Below the pieces are notes generated by a model. That model searched no databases. It was given only the letters and a program-made list of their open reading frames with translations, and was not told where the DNA came from. A program made the translations under genes and the position numbers. From Candidatus Latescibacterota bacterium (GTDB lineage Bacteria; Latescibacterota; UBA2968; UBA8231), in the NCBI GenBank assembly GCA_965215195.1, contig CBDCDC010000001.1, positions 736,001 to 800,000 of the forward strand: a stretch of DNA of 64,000 bases, read 5' to 3'. Shown here in pieces: positions 30,503 to 41,025 of this stretch. Within the stretch, counting starts at the first letter, position 1, and every line of letters starts with the position of its first letter.

Positions 30503-31231
30503 ATGGACGCCTACACTCAAGCCGACCTACAGCGCCATTTAGAAGCCTTGGGCGTCGCAGCGGGGGATATGCTCTTTGTCCATTCCTCGTTCAAAAGTCT
30601 GGGGCCTGTCGCCGGAGGAGCGCAGGCTGTGGTTGATGCTCTCCAAGCTGCGGTCGGTCCCGACGGCCTCATCCTAATGCCTTCGTTTCATCTGATAGAG
30701 CGGAGTGAACGAGCGCGCCGTTGGGACTGGGCTACTACTCCTTCGACCGTGGGCTGGCTGAGCGAATTCTTTCGCCGCCTACCCGACACCTACCGTTCCG
30801 ACCACTACTCCCACTCGGTGGCGGCCCGAGGGCGAGGGGCGGCGGATTTCGTCGCGGATCACCGACGCCAGGAAGGCCATACTTCGTCGTGGGATCTGGC
30901 TCCTTGGGGACGGACTTACGGCACCCACTCTCCCATGTTCCGCGCCTATCGACGCGGCGGCAAAATCCTCATGCTGGGCGTTGATTACCGCACTTCCACT
31001 TACATCCATCTGGTCGAAGTGCTCTACTGGCATCGCTTGCGCCGCGCCGATCCCGAGGCCGCTTATCCCGCCTTGGACCGCCCGCTCCTGGGAGCGTATT
31101 GGGACGCTACTGGTCCACTGGCACGGGGCCTCGTCGGCGCGTCCCCGTGCCGGCTTTTTGCCATAGATACTTATGTCGATACCCTGCTGGCCGCGGTCGT
31201 GGCAACTCCCGAGCGCTACCGGCCTGACTAA
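30503..31231 (+). CDS. AAC(3)/YokD family N-acetyltransferase
   Basis: LGVAAGDMLFVHSSFKSLG, GLILMPSF, RSDHYSHSVAARG, ILMLGV...TYIHLVE. Confidence 0.85.
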   Translation: MDAYTQADLQRHLEALGVAAGDMLFVHSSFKSLGPVAGGAQAVVDALQAAVGPDGLILMPSFHLIERSERARRWDWATTPSTVGWLSEFFRRLPDTYRSDHYSHSVAARGRGAADFVADHRRQEGHTSSWDLAPWGRTYGTHSPMFRAYRRGGKILMLGVDYRTSTYIHLVEVLYWHRLRRADPEAAYPALDRPLLGAYWDATGPLARGLVGASPCRLFAIDTYVDTLLAAVVATPERYRPD

Positions 31232-31320
31232 CCGCCATCCTCTAGCGGTGAAGGCGTAGATTCGCCTTTTTAGAGCAAACCGTGCGGCCGTTGCCGGCTC
31301 GGCCTCGCCTCTGCAAACGC

Positions 31321-32118
31321 TCACATCCGCATCCGCAGCATCGGCCGGCCAAAAGACACTTCGAGAAATGCTCCGGTGTGCGCCGAGCGCGTGCCCGGGG
31401 GCATGAAGTGGATGACAAAGGCGCGGCGCTGGCGATCGGTTTGGTTGGGCGGGGTGTAGTGTAGGGTTTGGCAGTGGTGGAAGAGCGCACCGCCCGCAGG
31501 CAAATCAACGATGGCGGCCTGCGCCTGATCCACGTGGTCGCCGTAGTTGAGCAAGGCACTGGTCTGCGCGGAGCGGTCGTGCCCGACGGGCGTCAAGTGC
31601 GAGCCGGGCAGCAGGTGCATGGCGCCGTTTTCCGCGGTTACATCGTCGAGCGTCATCCAGCAGCTAACCAAGTTGGCCGGCATACATTTCCAGTAGGCGT
31701 TGTCTTGGTGCCAAAAGACGGGGCCGCCGTGGCGGGCGGGTTTGTATAGGGCTTGGTCGTGGAAGAGCTGGATATTAGGGCCGATGAGGTCTTCGGCAAT
31801 GTCGAGGATGCGGGGGTCGTAGAGTAGTTGCCGGAAGTGGATGCTGCGCTCGCACATTTGCATGATCTGCAACATCTGCTCGGCGGCACTGTTCTTTTCG
31901 TCGAGATCGTCGGTGTCGCTGATGGACAGGTTGCGGAAGCGCCCGTTCTGGCGCGCCGCGGCAAAGAGGCGATCGTATTCATCGCCCAGCAAGGCGACGA
32001 GGTCGTCGTTGAGCAACTTGCCGACAGCGATGAAGCCGCGCCGGCGGAATTGGTCAATTTGCTCTTGGTCCAGTGCTTTGTGGGGCGGGGTAACGGACGG
32101 GGCTGTGGTCATCTGCAT
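31321..32118 (-). CDS. Phytanoyl-CoA dioxygenase (PhyH) family
   Basis: KPARHGGPVFWHQDNAYW, ENGAM..LPGSH, LHYTPPN...RRA. Confidence 0.88.
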   Translation of the reverse strand: MQMTTAPSVTPPHKALDQEQIDQFRRRGFIAVGKLLNDDLVALLGDEYDRLFAAARQNGRFRNLSISDTDDLDEKNSAAEQMLQIMQMCERSIHFRQLLYDPRILDIAEDLIGPNIQLFHDQALYKPARHGGPVFWHQDNAYWKCMPANLVSCWMTLDDVTAENGAMHLLPGSHLTPVGHDRSAQTSALLNYGDHVDQAQAAIVDLPAGGALFHHCQTLHYTPPNQTDRQRRAFVIHFMPPGTRSAHTGAFLEVSFGRPMLRMRM

Positions 32119-32193
32119 TCTCCTAAGTGAGGTGTGCAAAGTAACGAGGGCGGCGACGAAATGGCGCACCATATCCCATTTGTCGGCGGAAAA

Positions 32194-33318
32194 TTAGGAC
32201 CCGTCCCGACTCAACGTAAGTAGCGCGATTTCGGAAGGGGCGCCGAGCCGCAGTGGGGGACCCCAGTAGCCGGTGCCGCGGTGGATGTAAATCCAAGTGT
32301 CGCGAAATTTGTGCAGGCCCGCGACGTAGGGCTGTTGGAGGGAAACTACGTACTTCCACGGCACGAACTGGCCGCCGTGGGTGTGGCCCGACAGTTGCAG
32401 GTGGCAAGCGGCTCGGCTGGCGGCCTCTATGCTGCGCGGCTGGTGCGCCAGCAAGATGCGCACATCGGCTCCGTCGCTCGCGGCAAGGGCCTTGGCCGGG
32501 TCTGATGCGTGGTCGGGGACCAGCTCGCCGGCGCTGAAGTCGGTCGTACCGGCCAAGGCAATCCGCCCGCCGCCGCAGTCGATCTGGCGTCCCTCGTTGA
32601 TCAGGACGTCGAAGCCGAGGCGGCGCGCCTGCTCGGTCCAGCGCTCCACGCCCGAGTAGTATTCGTGATTGCCGGTGCAGAAATAGACCCCGAGCGGGGC
32701 GGTGAGTTCAGCTAGGGAAGCCGTGTGAGGGGCGAGTCGTTCAACCGTCCCGTCGGCGAGGTCGCCGGTGAAGGCGATTAGGTCGGGTTGCAATTCGTTG
32801 ACTCGGGCGACAACGCGCTCCACAAAAGGGGCTTTGATGGTTGAGCCGACGTGGAGATCGCTGATCTGGACGATGCGCAGTCCGACCAGCGCGGGCGGGA
32901 GATTCGCAATGGGGACATCGACCTCGCGGACCGCTGGCGTACGGCGGGCTTGATAGTAGCCATAGCCCGCCGCGACCGCAGCTAGGGCAAAGGTCGCCAA
33001 GTCGATGCTGGCATGGAGCGATGCATCCAAGGGATAGACTAGGCCGAGGAGCAGGCCTCCTATATCGCGCAGGACCAGCAGGGTTGAGCAGATGGCGAAA
33101 AAGCCCATGCCGAGATAGGCCACCCAAGCGAGGGGATCCATCAGCCAAGCCAGATGCGGACGGGAGCGCAGGCGAAAGAGCAACAAGGGCGTCAATAGTA
33201 GGAACACCAGCGCCAGTGTGGCACCGGTCTGTACGGGCGGCGGCAGATAGGGAATGAGCCGCCAGCCCGAATAGCCGTAGATCGAGCCGAGTAGGCCCAG
33301 AAAAATCAGTGCAAACAT
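32194..33318 (-). CDS. Membrane-anchored metallophosphoesterase (YkuE-like)
   Basis: SDLHVG, TGDLADG, GNHEYY, LLAHQP, SGHTHGGQ. Confidence 0.9.
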   Translation of the reverse strand: MFALIFLGLLGSIYGYSGWRLIPYLPPPVQTGATLALVFLLLTPLLLFRLRSRPHLAWLMDPLAWVAYLGMGFFAICSTLLVLRDIGGLLLGLVYPLDASLHASIDLATFALAAVAAGYGYYQARRTPAVREVDVPIANLPPALVGLRIVQISDLHVGSTIKAPFVERVVARVNELQPDLIAFTGDLADGTVERLAPHTASLAELTAPLGVYFCTGNHEYYSGVERWTEQARRLGFDVLINEGRQIDCGGGRIALAGTTDFSAGELVPDHASDPAKALAASDGADVRILLAHQPRSIEAASRAACHLQLSGHTHGGQFVPWKYVVSLQQPYVAGLHKFRDTWIYIHRGTGYWGPPLRLGAPSEIALLTLSRDGS

Positions 33319-33462
33319 GCCATTCTTTGTTCGAGAGGATGCGGCTTTGTATTGTAGAGACAAGTCAAGCCCTTTACAAGTCGCGGGAGGGTCTTGTTTC
33401 CCGTCGGTTGAGTCGTTATAAAGGACTTGAAGGCAAGGCAAAAAAACAAAAGGAGACCAATC

Positions 33463-34332
33463 GTGAAAGTAACCAAACGACAGCTCGACTTTTTCGCGGA
33501 AGAGGGGTACGTCCTTATCAAAGGAGGGCTTACCGATGGCGATCTCGCGCCGCTCATCGAGGATCACAATATCATCGTCGATGAAATCGCCCGCGATCTA
33601 TACAGCCAAGGCAAAATTGCCAACCTCTGCGAAGACGCGCCTTTTGCGCGGCGCTTGGCCTGCCTCGCAGAAGAGTGCGACGAAGTCGATGGCTGTCCCG
33701 ACATAGGAGAAACCCGCGGCCGCGGCACCTTTGAGTTTTTGCGCAACCAGAACCTCGTCGATCTGATTGAGCCTTTTATCGGCCCAGAAATCACCTGCAA
33801 TGCCGTGTCGCACGTCCGGCCCAAGATGCCGTCAACAGATGTAATTTTTCATCAGGATGCCGTGTTCACCACCCAACAAGCCCAAGGTATCCTACAGGTG
33901 ACCGTTTGGATTCCCCTCGTCGAGGCGACCGCAGAAAACGGCTGCTTGCAGGTCCAGCCTCGGGTCCACCAGCAGCGCATGGTCTATTGGTCGTACGGGC
34001 GAGACCTACCCCAGACCGAGCGGGTTAGCCTGCCCATGCAGAAGGGGGACGTCTTGTTCGTACACAAACTGACCCCCCACGGCTCAGGCCCGAACAACAC
34101 CAACGCCGTGCGTTGGAGCATGGATCTGCGCTACCAGAAGACGGGCGAGCCTTCCCCGCGGCCGGAGTGGCCCAGTCTCGTCGCCCGCAGCCGGCGCGAT
34201 CCCGCCTCGGAGACCGCCTATGAAGACTGGCGCGACCAATGGGCGGCCGCGCTCGAAAAGACGCCCCAGCAGATTCGCTACGAGCGCCCGAGCGGGCCTC
34301 TGCCCTTTACCGGCGAGATGTTTCTCAAGTAG
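33463..34332 (+). CDS. PhyH family dioxygenase
   Basis: RBS AGGAG plus GTG start; FHQD, VWIPLVEATAENGCL, HGSGPN, RWSMDLRY. Confidence 0.85.
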   Translation: MKVTKRQLDFFAEEGYVLIKGGLTDGDLAPLIEDHNIIVDEIARDLYSQGKIANLCEDAPFARRLACLAEECDEVDGCPDIGETRGRGTFEFLRNQNLVDLIEPFIGPEITCNAVSHVRPKMPSTDVIFHQDAVFTTQQAQGILQVTVWIPLVEATAENGCLQVQPRVHQQRMVYWSYGRDLPQTERVSLPMQKGDVLFVHKLTPHGSGPNNTNAVRWSMDLRYQKTGEPSPRPEWPSLVARSRRDPASETAYEDWRDQWAAALEKTPQQIRYERPSGPLPFTGEMFLK

Positions 34333-34353
34333 CGTTGAGCAAGAGAACGGCCG

Positions 34354-35313
34354 ATGCCCATTGACGCCCCTAAGTTTCCCGAGTGCTTCCTGCGCTGCGC
34401 GACCCGCGAGTTTGGCAAAGAAGGCGAGGCATGGCTCGAGGAACTGCCGTCCATTCTCAGGCGGTGCTGCGATAAGTGGGGCCTGACACTCGGCCCACCG
34501 AGCGCGGAGATCAAGGTCAACTATATCGCCTACGTCGAGATGGGCCATGGAGAACAGGCCGTGCTCAAGGTGGGCGTCCCGCACGACGATTTTAGCGCGG
34601 AGATGGAAGCGTTGGCGATCTATGAGGGCCGTGGAATCAATCGGCTCATCGACTGCGACCAAGCGCTCAACGCCATGCTGCTCGAACGACTGCGTCCCGG
34701 CAAGATGCTAGATTCTGTGGGGAACGTGCGCGAGCAAAGCGAGATTGCGGCGCACATCCTCCAGAATTTACACGCGACCCCGACGCCGTCGAACCACGCC
34801 CTGCCGCACTTTATGGATTGGATGCGAGGTGCATTCGCGGACGCCAAAAGCTGCGAGGATTCCGAGAGAGCACGGGGCTATATCGAGCAGATTCCGCGCG
34901 TGGAGTCCATGATGGAAATTCTGCTGGAGCCGGATGAACCCCAAATGCTGCTGCACGGCGACCTCCATCACTGGAATATTCTGTCTGACGCAGACCGCGG
35001 CTGGATGGCGATTGATCCCAAGGGCGTCATCGGGGCCTCGTGTCTGGACGTTGGTCGGTTCATCAACAACGCGATGGGATTCGGCGAGACTGCTGCGGAG
35101 AAGCGGGAGATCCTGCTCGAAGCGGTGGCGGTTTTCAGCGAGGTACTGGGGGAAAACGAGGAGCGGATGTTTGCGGGTGCCTTCTGCGACAAGATCATGG
35201 GTTCATCGTGGGGGCTGCAACAGAAGCCCGATGAACACGAGGCGCTTAAAGTGATGGTTGAGGTGGCGAGGGACGTGGATGATCGCCGTCTGCGATGTCG
35301 AGCCGGCGCATAG
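34354..35313 (+). CDS. Aminoglycoside/hydroxyurea phosphotransferase family (APH(6)-like)
   Basis: AVLKV, MLLERLRPG, LLHGDLHHWNIL, AIDPKG. Confidence 0.8.
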   Translation: MPIDAPKFPECFLRCATREFGKEGEAWLEELPSILRRCCDKWGLTLGPPSAEIKVNYIAYVEMGHGEQAVLKVGVPHDDFSAEMEALAIYEGRGINRLIDCDQALNAMLLERLRPGKMLDSVGNVREQSEIAAHILQNLHATPTPSNHALPHFMDWMRGAFADAKSCEDSERARGYIEQIPRVESMMEILLEPDEPQMLLHGDLHHWNILSDADRGWMAIDPKGVIGASCLDVGRFINNAMGFGETAAEKREILLEAVAVFSEVLGENEERMFAGAFCDKIMGSSWGLQQKPDEHEALKVMVEVARDVDDRRLRCRAGA

Positions 35314-35356
35314 ACAGCGGAATAGGAGCGCAAGAATAACGTGCGCTTGCGAGCTG

Positions 35357-36409
35357 CTAGGCGATGACGCCGCCGCCGAGGCAAACGTCACCGTCGTAGA
35401 ACACGGCGTGCTGACCCGCAGCAATGCCGGGGTCGGGCGTGGCCAAGTCGACGTGGGCGCGATCTGGCGCGAGCATTTGCACCTGACAGGGGATCAGGGC
35501 CGGCCCGTGCCGCAGCTTGACGTGGAGCGCACCCTGCTCCGGTGCGCCGGCGATCCAATGGATTTGTGCGGCGATCAGCTCGCGTCGTCCGGCTCGCGCC
35601 GGTGCGCTGCCGTGGGCAATGTACACAATGTTGTTGGCGACGTCCTTGTCGGTTACATACCAGGGACCGCCGCCGAGTTGCAGGCCGTGCCGCTGGCCAA
35701 TGGTGTAGAACCAATAGCCGGGGTGCTGGCCCTTTTTTTGCCCGCTCGCCTGCTCAATGATGTCGCCCCGGACCTCTCCCAAGTGGAAGCGCACGAAGTC
35801 TCGGTAGTTGATCTTGCCCAAGAAGCACATGCCTTGGCTGTCGGGGCGGGCCTTGGCTGGCAGATCGAATTCTGCGGCGAGTGCGCGCACTTGGGGCTTG
35901 TGCAGGTGGCCGATGGGCAAACAGAGCCGCGCGAGCTGGGCTTGGCTCAGGTTGGAGAGGAAATAGGTCTGGTCCTTGACCGGATCGGCCGCGCACCGGA
36001 GCCGATAGCCGCCCGCGGTCTCCTCGACGCGGGCGTAGTGCCCGGAGGCAATTTGGTCGCACTCGTGGGCTATGCGCTGATAAAAGGCCCCGAACTTGAC
36101 GCGCTGGTTGCACCAGATGTCCGGGCTGGGCGTACGCCCCAGGCGCAGCTCGGCCAACGCGTACTCGACGATGCGGGTGCGGTACTCGCTTTGCAGCGGC
36201 ACGACTTTGAGCGGCACCCCGAGCTGTTCGCAGGTGGCGCGGGCGTAGGTCAAATCCGTTTCCCACGGGCAGTCGCCGAGCGAGAACAGCTCGTCCTCCA
36301 GCCATATCTTGAGGTAGTAGGCTTTGAGGACGAGCCGCTTTTCGCGCTGGAGCAGGGCGAGGGCCAACGAGCTATCGACCCCACCGGAAAGCAGGACAGC
36401 GACGTTCAT
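35357..36409 (-). CDS. mnmA: tRNA 2-thiouridylase MnmA
   Basis: SGGVDSS, TPSPDIWCNQRVKF, SGHYAR, KDQTYFL, DSQGMCF, YTIGQR, GQHAVFY. Confidence 0.95.
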   Translation of the reverse strand: MNVAVLLSGGVDSSLALALLQREKRLVLKAYYLKIWLEDELFSLGDCPWETDLTYARATCEQLGVPLKVVPLQSEYRTRIVEYALAELRLGRTPSPDIWCNQRVKFGAFYQRIAHECDQIASGHYARVEETAGGYRLRCAADPVKDQTYFLSNLSQAQLARLCLPIGHLHKPQVRALAAEFDLPAKARPDSQGMCFLGKINYRDFVRFHLGEVRGDIIEQASGQKKGQHPGYWFYTIGQRHGLQLGGGPWYVTDKDVANNIVYIAHGSAPARAGRRELIAAQIHWIAGAPEQGALHVKLRHGPALIPCQVQMLAPDRAHVDLATPDPGIAAGQHAVFYDGDVCLGGGVIA

Positions 36410-36419
36410 GGGATGCTCG

Positions 36420-37742
36420 CTAGTAGCGATAGTGCTCCGGCTTGTAGGGGCCTTCCACTGGGATACCCAAATACGCGGCTTGGTCGTCGTCTAGTGCGTC
36501 GATTTTGACCCCTAACTTTTGCAGGTGGAGCCGCGCCACCTTCTCGTCGAGGTGCTTGGGCAGCATGTACACGCCGACTGGATATTGCTCGTGGCGGGTG
36601 TGCAGCTCAATTTGCGCCAGCACCTGATTGGTAAACGAATTGGACATGACAAAAGAGGGGTGCCCGGTGGCGCAGCCAAGGTTGACCAAGCGGCCTTCGG
36701 CCAACAGGATGATGCTGTGCCCATCGGGAAAGGTGAACTTATCGACCTGCGGCTTGATCTCAACGCGCTCAATTCCGCGGTAGCCCACGAGTTCGGCCAC
36801 TTGGATTTCGACGTCAAAGTGGCCGATGTTGCAAATGATGGCCCCGTCCTTCATCCGCTCCATCTGGTCGATGCGAATAATGTCGCGGCACCCGGTGGCC
36901 GTAACGAAGATGTCGCCCTCGGCCATGGCGTCGTCCATCTTCCCGACCTCGTAGCCTTCCATGGCCGCTTGCAACGCGCAGATGGGGTCGATCTCGGTGA
37001 CGATCACCCGCGCCCCCAAGCCCCGCATGGCGGCGGCGCATCCCTTGCCCACGTCGCCGTACCCGGCCACCACCACGACCTTGCCGGCGATCATTATGTC
37101 GGTGGCGCGCTTGATGCCGTCGGCCAGCGACTCGCGGCAGCCGTAGAGGTTGTCAAACTTTGACTTGGTGACGCTGTCGTTGACGTTGATCGCCGGCACG
37201 GCGAGCGCCCCGGCTTCGAGCATCTGGTAGAGGTGGTGGACGCCAGTGGTCGTCTCCTCGGAGATGCCGCGCAGGCCCGGCAAAAGCTCTGGGTGCTTCT
37301 CGTGGATCCACTTGGTCAGGTCGCCGCCGTCGTCAAGGATCAGGTTGGGCCCGTCGCCGCAGGGCCAGCGCAGGGTTTGCTCAGTACACCACCAGTACTC
37401 GTCCTCGGTCTCGCCCTTCCAAGCGAAGATCGGGATGCCAGTGACGGCGAGGGCGGCGGCCGCGTGGTCTTGGGTTGAGAAGATGTTGCACGAGCACCAG
37501 CGCACTTGCGCCCCGAGCGCGGTGAGCGTCTCGATGAGCACGGCGGTCTGGATCGTGGCGTGCAAGGAGCCGGCGATCCGCGCACCTGCGAGCGGTTGGG
37601 CGGCCCCGTACTCGGTGCGCAGGGCCATCAGCCCGGGCATCTCTTGCTCGGCGAGAATGATTTCCTGCCGGCCCCATTCGGCCAGCGATAGGTCGGCGAC
37701 CTTGTAGTCGAGGCCGACAGTCTTTTGTGCCGCAATCTCCAT
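36420..37742 (-). CDS. ahcY: Adenosylhomocysteinase
   Basis: [53 protein letters not shown]. Confidence 0.97.
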   Translation of the reverse strand: MEIAAQKTVGLDYKVADLSLAEWGRQEIILAEQEMPGLMALRTEYGAAQPLAGARIAGSLHATIQTAVLIETLTALGAQVRWCSCNIFSTQDHAAAALAVTGIPIFAWKGETEDEYWWCTEQTLRWPCGDGPNLILDDGGDLTKWIHEKHPELLPGLRGISEETTTGVHHLYQMLEAGALAVPAINVNDSVTKSKFDNLYGCRESLADGIKRATDIMIAGKVVVVAGYGDVGKGCAAAMRGLGARVIVTEIDPICALQAAMEGYEVGKMDDAMAEGDIFVTATGCRDIIRIDQMERMKDGAIICNIGHFDVEIQVAELVGYRGIERVEIKPQVDKFTFPDGHSIILLAEGRLVNLGCATGHPSFVMSNSFTNQVLAQIELHTRHEQYPVGVYMLPKHLDEKVARLHLQKLGVKIDALDDDQAAYLGIPVEGPYKPEHYRY

Positions 37743-37790
37743 TGATTTCTCCTTATAGGTGGTGAACAGTTTTGTTGTGTGGCCAGTTCC

Positions 37791-39368
37791 TCACGCGGGC
37801 CCGGCCCGCTTTATGGCCGCCGAAGTCCCGTCCTCAAAGGCGGCGAAGTTGGCCTTGAACAGCTCGGCGAGTTGACCGGCGCACTCGTCGTAGGCCGCTC
37901 CATCGGCCCAAGTTTGTCGCGGCAGCATCTGCGCGCTGGGTACGCCCGGACACGCGCACACCACGTCAAAGCCAAAGCGCGGATCGCGCTCCGCGGGTGC
38001 GGCGGCGAGCGCGCCGGCGTGGATCGCGCTGATAATCGCCCGGGTGTGCTGGAGCGAAAGGCGCTTTCCCACGCCATACGGCCCGCCCGTCCAGCCCGTG
38101 TTGACCAGCCAGACTTGGGCGTTGTGGGTGCGGATCTTGTCGGCCAGCAAGGCGGCGTACTTGTGCGGATGCCAGACCATGAAAGCCGCGCCAAAGCAGG
38201 CCGAAAACGCGGCTTGTGGCTCGGTGACGCCCATCTCGGTGCCGGCGACCTTGGCCGTGTACCCGCTCATAAAGTGATACATGGCTTGGTCGGGCGTCAG
38301 GCGGCTGACCGGCGGCAGCACGCCGAAGGCATCGCAGGTGAGGAAGATGATGTCGCGGGGATGGCGACCTGTGCAGGGGATTACCGCGTTGGGGATGTAG
38401 TCGATGGGATAGGCCGCGCGGGTGTTCTCGGTGACCGCGTCGTTGGCGTAATCGACTCGGCGGCTCTCCGCGTCGCAGACGACGTTTTCCAAGACCGTGC
38501 CAAAGCGGATGGCGCGAAAAATCTCCGGCTCTTGCTCTGGGGTCAAGTCGATGCACTTGGCATAGCAGCCGCCCTCAATGTTGAAAATTCCCTCCGCGCT
38601 CCACACGTGCTCGTCGTCGCCGATCAGCCGCCGCTGTGGATCGGTCGAGAGCGTGGTCTTGCCCGTGCCCGACAAGCCAAAGAACAGGGCGGTGTCGCCG
38701 CTGGTTCCCGCATTGGCCGAACAGTGCATGGGCAGCAGGCCGGCTTTGGGCATGAGGAAGTTCACGACCGTGAACACGCCCTTTTTCATTTCGCCCGCGT
38801 ACTCGGTTCCCAAAATCACCATTTCCCGGCGCTCGAAGCTCAGGTCGATGCTAGTTGTGGAGGTCATCTCCGAGGTGTAGCGGTTGGCCGGAAAGCGGCC
38901 GGCGTTGTAGATGGTAAAATCCGGCGTCCCGAATTGGGCCAGCTCGGCCGCGGACGGGCGGATGAGCATGTTGTGCATGAAGAGCGCGTGGTATGCGCGG
39001 GAGCAGATCACGCGGATTTTGAGCCGATATTGGGGATCCCAGCCGGCGAATCCATCGACCACGTATAGCTGCTCGCAGGTGTTGAGGTAGTCGATGGCCC
39101 GCTCTAGGTTGATCATAAAGGTGTGTTCTTGGAGCTTGATGTTGACCGCGCCCCACCAGATGTCGGGGCTGCTGTGTGGATCGAAGACGATGCGCTTGTC
39201 GCCGGGGCTGCGCCCGGTCTTGTTGCCCGAGGAAACCACGAGTGCGCCTTGGTCGGAAATGATGGATCCGCGCTCGTGGCGCAGTGCTTCTTCGTAGAGC
39301 CTGGCCGGTGCTATGTTGCGGAGAATCGCGCCGACCGAAATTTCGCTGAGCTGGATGATTTCGCTCAT
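37791..39368 (-). CDS. pckA: PEP carboxykinase (ATP)
   Basis: [44 protein letters not shown]. Confidence 0.96.
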   Translation of the reverse strand: MSEIIQLSEISVGAILRNIAPARLYEEALRHERGSIISDQGALVVSSGNKTGRSPGDKRIVFDPHSSPDIWWGAVNIKLQEHTFMINLERAIDYLNTCEQLYVVDGFAGWDPQYRLKIRVICSRAYHALFMHNMLIRPSAAELAQFGTPDFTIYNAGRFPANRYTSEMTSTTSIDLSFERREMVILGTEYAGEMKKGVFTVVNFLMPKAGLLPMHCSANAGTSGDTALFFGLSGTGKTTLSTDPQRRLIGDDEHVWSAEGIFNIEGGCYAKCIDLTPEQEPEIFRAIRFGTVLENVVCDAESRRVDYANDAVTENTRAAYPIDYIPNAVIPCTGRHPRDIIFLTCDAFGVLPPVSRLTPDQAMYHFMSGYTAKVAGTEMGVTEPQAAFSACFGAAFMVWHPHKYAALLADKIRTHNAQVWLVNTGWTGGPYGVGKRLSLQHTRAIISAIHAGALAAAPAERDPRFGFDVVCACPGVPSAQMLPRQTWADGAAYDECAGQLAELFKANFAAFEDGTSAAIKRAGPA

Positions 39369-39386
39369 GGTTTTCCGTTTCGTTGC

Positions 39387-39692
39387 TGCGTACATGACCT
39401 CAATAACTTGCCGTTGATGAGCGGTGAGTCTGGGGTCGAGGGCAAGATGCCCTCGATCCGAGGGTAAGCTACGTCGTGGTCTCGCTCAGGCTCGGCACCG
39501 GACCTCAACGAGGGCAAGGTGCCCTCTTTCCGCGGGTGAGGCCCTCCTGTCGTTTCGTTTCGTTGCTGCGTACATGACCTCAATAACTTGCCGTTGATGA
39601 GCGATAAGTCCGGGATCGAGGGCGTCCCGCCCTCGCCGAGGGCAAGCTGCCCTCGATCCTTGGCAGGCTGAGGGCTGGTGTCGTGTAGTAAG
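39387..39692. repeat. Two tandem family-A REP/MITE copies upstream of pckA
   Basis: The reverse complement of 39567-39692 matches the 23875 element; 39387-39480 matches the 1076 element; a ~47-bp direct duplication at 39377-39423 / 39557-39603. Confidence 0.7.
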
Positions 39693-39856
39693 GTATAAAG
39701 CTATCTCATGTACCTTGGCCCCGCCGGCGCCCCATTGGCCTAGTAGGCAATTAAGACACGCGCCTGCGGATGAGCAAGCGCACCCGGCCAAGTTGACGGT
39801 CTAGCCGCCACCCCCTACCTTGCCCCCATCCCCACCATCGTTCTATCCAACCGGTC

Positions 39857-40411
39857 ATGCAATCCCTCGCCACCCCCTCCGTCCTGTACCGGGATAGCTT
39901 CCTAGCGGGCGCGGCCGAGTTCTTGGCCGAAGGCCGTTTCGACTCGACGTACGCTCTATCGCTCGGCTACGACAGCGAGGCCCTCGCCGACCAATTCCCG
40001 CAATTCGTGCGCGACCTCAAGGCCCTCGCCGATGGGGCTCACTACCCGGACCGAGTGCTGTGGCTCGTACACGACGGCGAGTACATCGGCCAAACCTCCA
40101 TAAGACCCGAGCTCGGCACCCCGTATTTGCTCACCTACGGAGGGCACATTGGCTACAGCATCCGACCCTCTCGGCGGTGCCGCGGCCACGGCAAGGCCAT
40201 CCTCGCTCTGACGCTGGAGGTAGCGCGGGAAATCGGGCTGCGCCGCGTGCTGGTCACCTGCGACTCGGACAACATTGGCTCGCGCAAGATCATCGAGCAC
40301 AACGGCGGCCAATTCGAGAGCGCGATGGCCATGCCCAGCCAAGCATTCCGCGCCGAGGGCCGCGAACCGGTGCGGCGCATGGAAAAGTTGCGCTACTGGA
40401 TTGACTTGTAA
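39857..40411 (+). CDS. GNAT family N-acetyltransferase
   Basis: GGHIGYSIRPSRRCRGHG, VLVTCDSDNIGSRKIIEHNGG. Confidence 0.88.
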   Translation: MQSLATPSVLYRDSFLAGAAEFLAEGRFDSTYALSLGYDSEALADQFPQFVRDLKALADGAHYPDRVLWLVHDGEYIGQTSIRPELGTPYLLTYGGHIGYSIRPSRRCRGHGKAILALTLEVAREIGLRRVLVTCDSDNIGSRKIIEHNGGQFESAMAMPSQAFRAEGREPVRRMEKLRYWIDL

Positions 40412-40422
40412 TTTCTCCTCGC

Positions 40423-40456
40423 GTAAAACTTTTTGTGCTCGGCCCTCGTCTTATAA
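40423..40456 (+). promoter_or_regulatory. Putative ECF-type autoregulatory promoter
   Basis: GTAAAAC-N17-CGTCTTATAA, 5 nt before the sigma ATG; resembles SigW/SigM-type AAAC...CGTC promoters. Confidence 0.7.
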
Positions 40457-40461
40457 GGAAC

Positions 40462-41025
40462 ATGAGCGACGCCGATCTCATCCAGCGCTTCAGGGCCGGC
40501 CAGCACCAAGCGTTCAATGTCTTGGTCTGGCGCTGGCAGGGCCGCCTCTACCACTTCGCGCTCCGCTACAGCGGCGATTCCGAAGACGCGCGCGATCTCT
40601 GCCAGCAGAGCTTTATCCGCGCATATCGCCAGTTGCACCGGCTGCGCGATCCCGAGCGTTTTTCCACGTGGCTCTACCAGATCGCCGCCAATCTGTGCCG
40701 CGACCACCTGCGCCAGCGAGCGCAAGCGCAGCACGTTTCGCTCGACGCGTACGAGGAGGCAAGTGCCCGGCCTCATCCGGCACTGTGGCAAGCTGCCGAT
40801 GTGGACAAGGACGAGCTACGCGACCTGCTCAACCGCGCCTTGCAGACCCTGCCCGAAGAACAGCGCGTCGTGGTGGTGCTCAAGGAGTACGAGGGGCTGA
40901 AGTTTCGCGAAATCGCCGAAGTGCTCAACGCCCCGATCAATACGGTCAAATCGCGCCTTTACTACGGGCTCAAGGCACTGCGAAAAACCTTTAACCAATG
41001 GGACATTGACAGAGATGGACTGTAA
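40462..41025 (+). CDS. ECF RNA polymerase sigma factor
   Basis: MSDADLIQR, DARDLCQQSF, FSTWLYQIAANLCRDHLR, EIAEVLNAPINTVKSRL. Confidence 0.92.
   Translation: MSDADLIQRFRAGQHQAFNVLVWRWQGRLYHFALRYSGDSEDARDLCQQSFIRAYRQLHRLRDPERFSTWLYQIAANLCRDHLRQRAQAQHVSLDAYEEASARPHPALWQAADVDKDELRDLLNRALQTLPEEQRVVVVLKEYEGLKFREIAEVLNAPINTVKSRLYYGLKALRKTFNQWDIDRDGL

Noticed and set aside
37743-39800. SAH or SAM riboswitch upstream of ahcY/pckA
   Set aside because: No consensus found by eye on the coding strand; the structures there are REP hairpins. An Rfam/Infernal scan would settle it.
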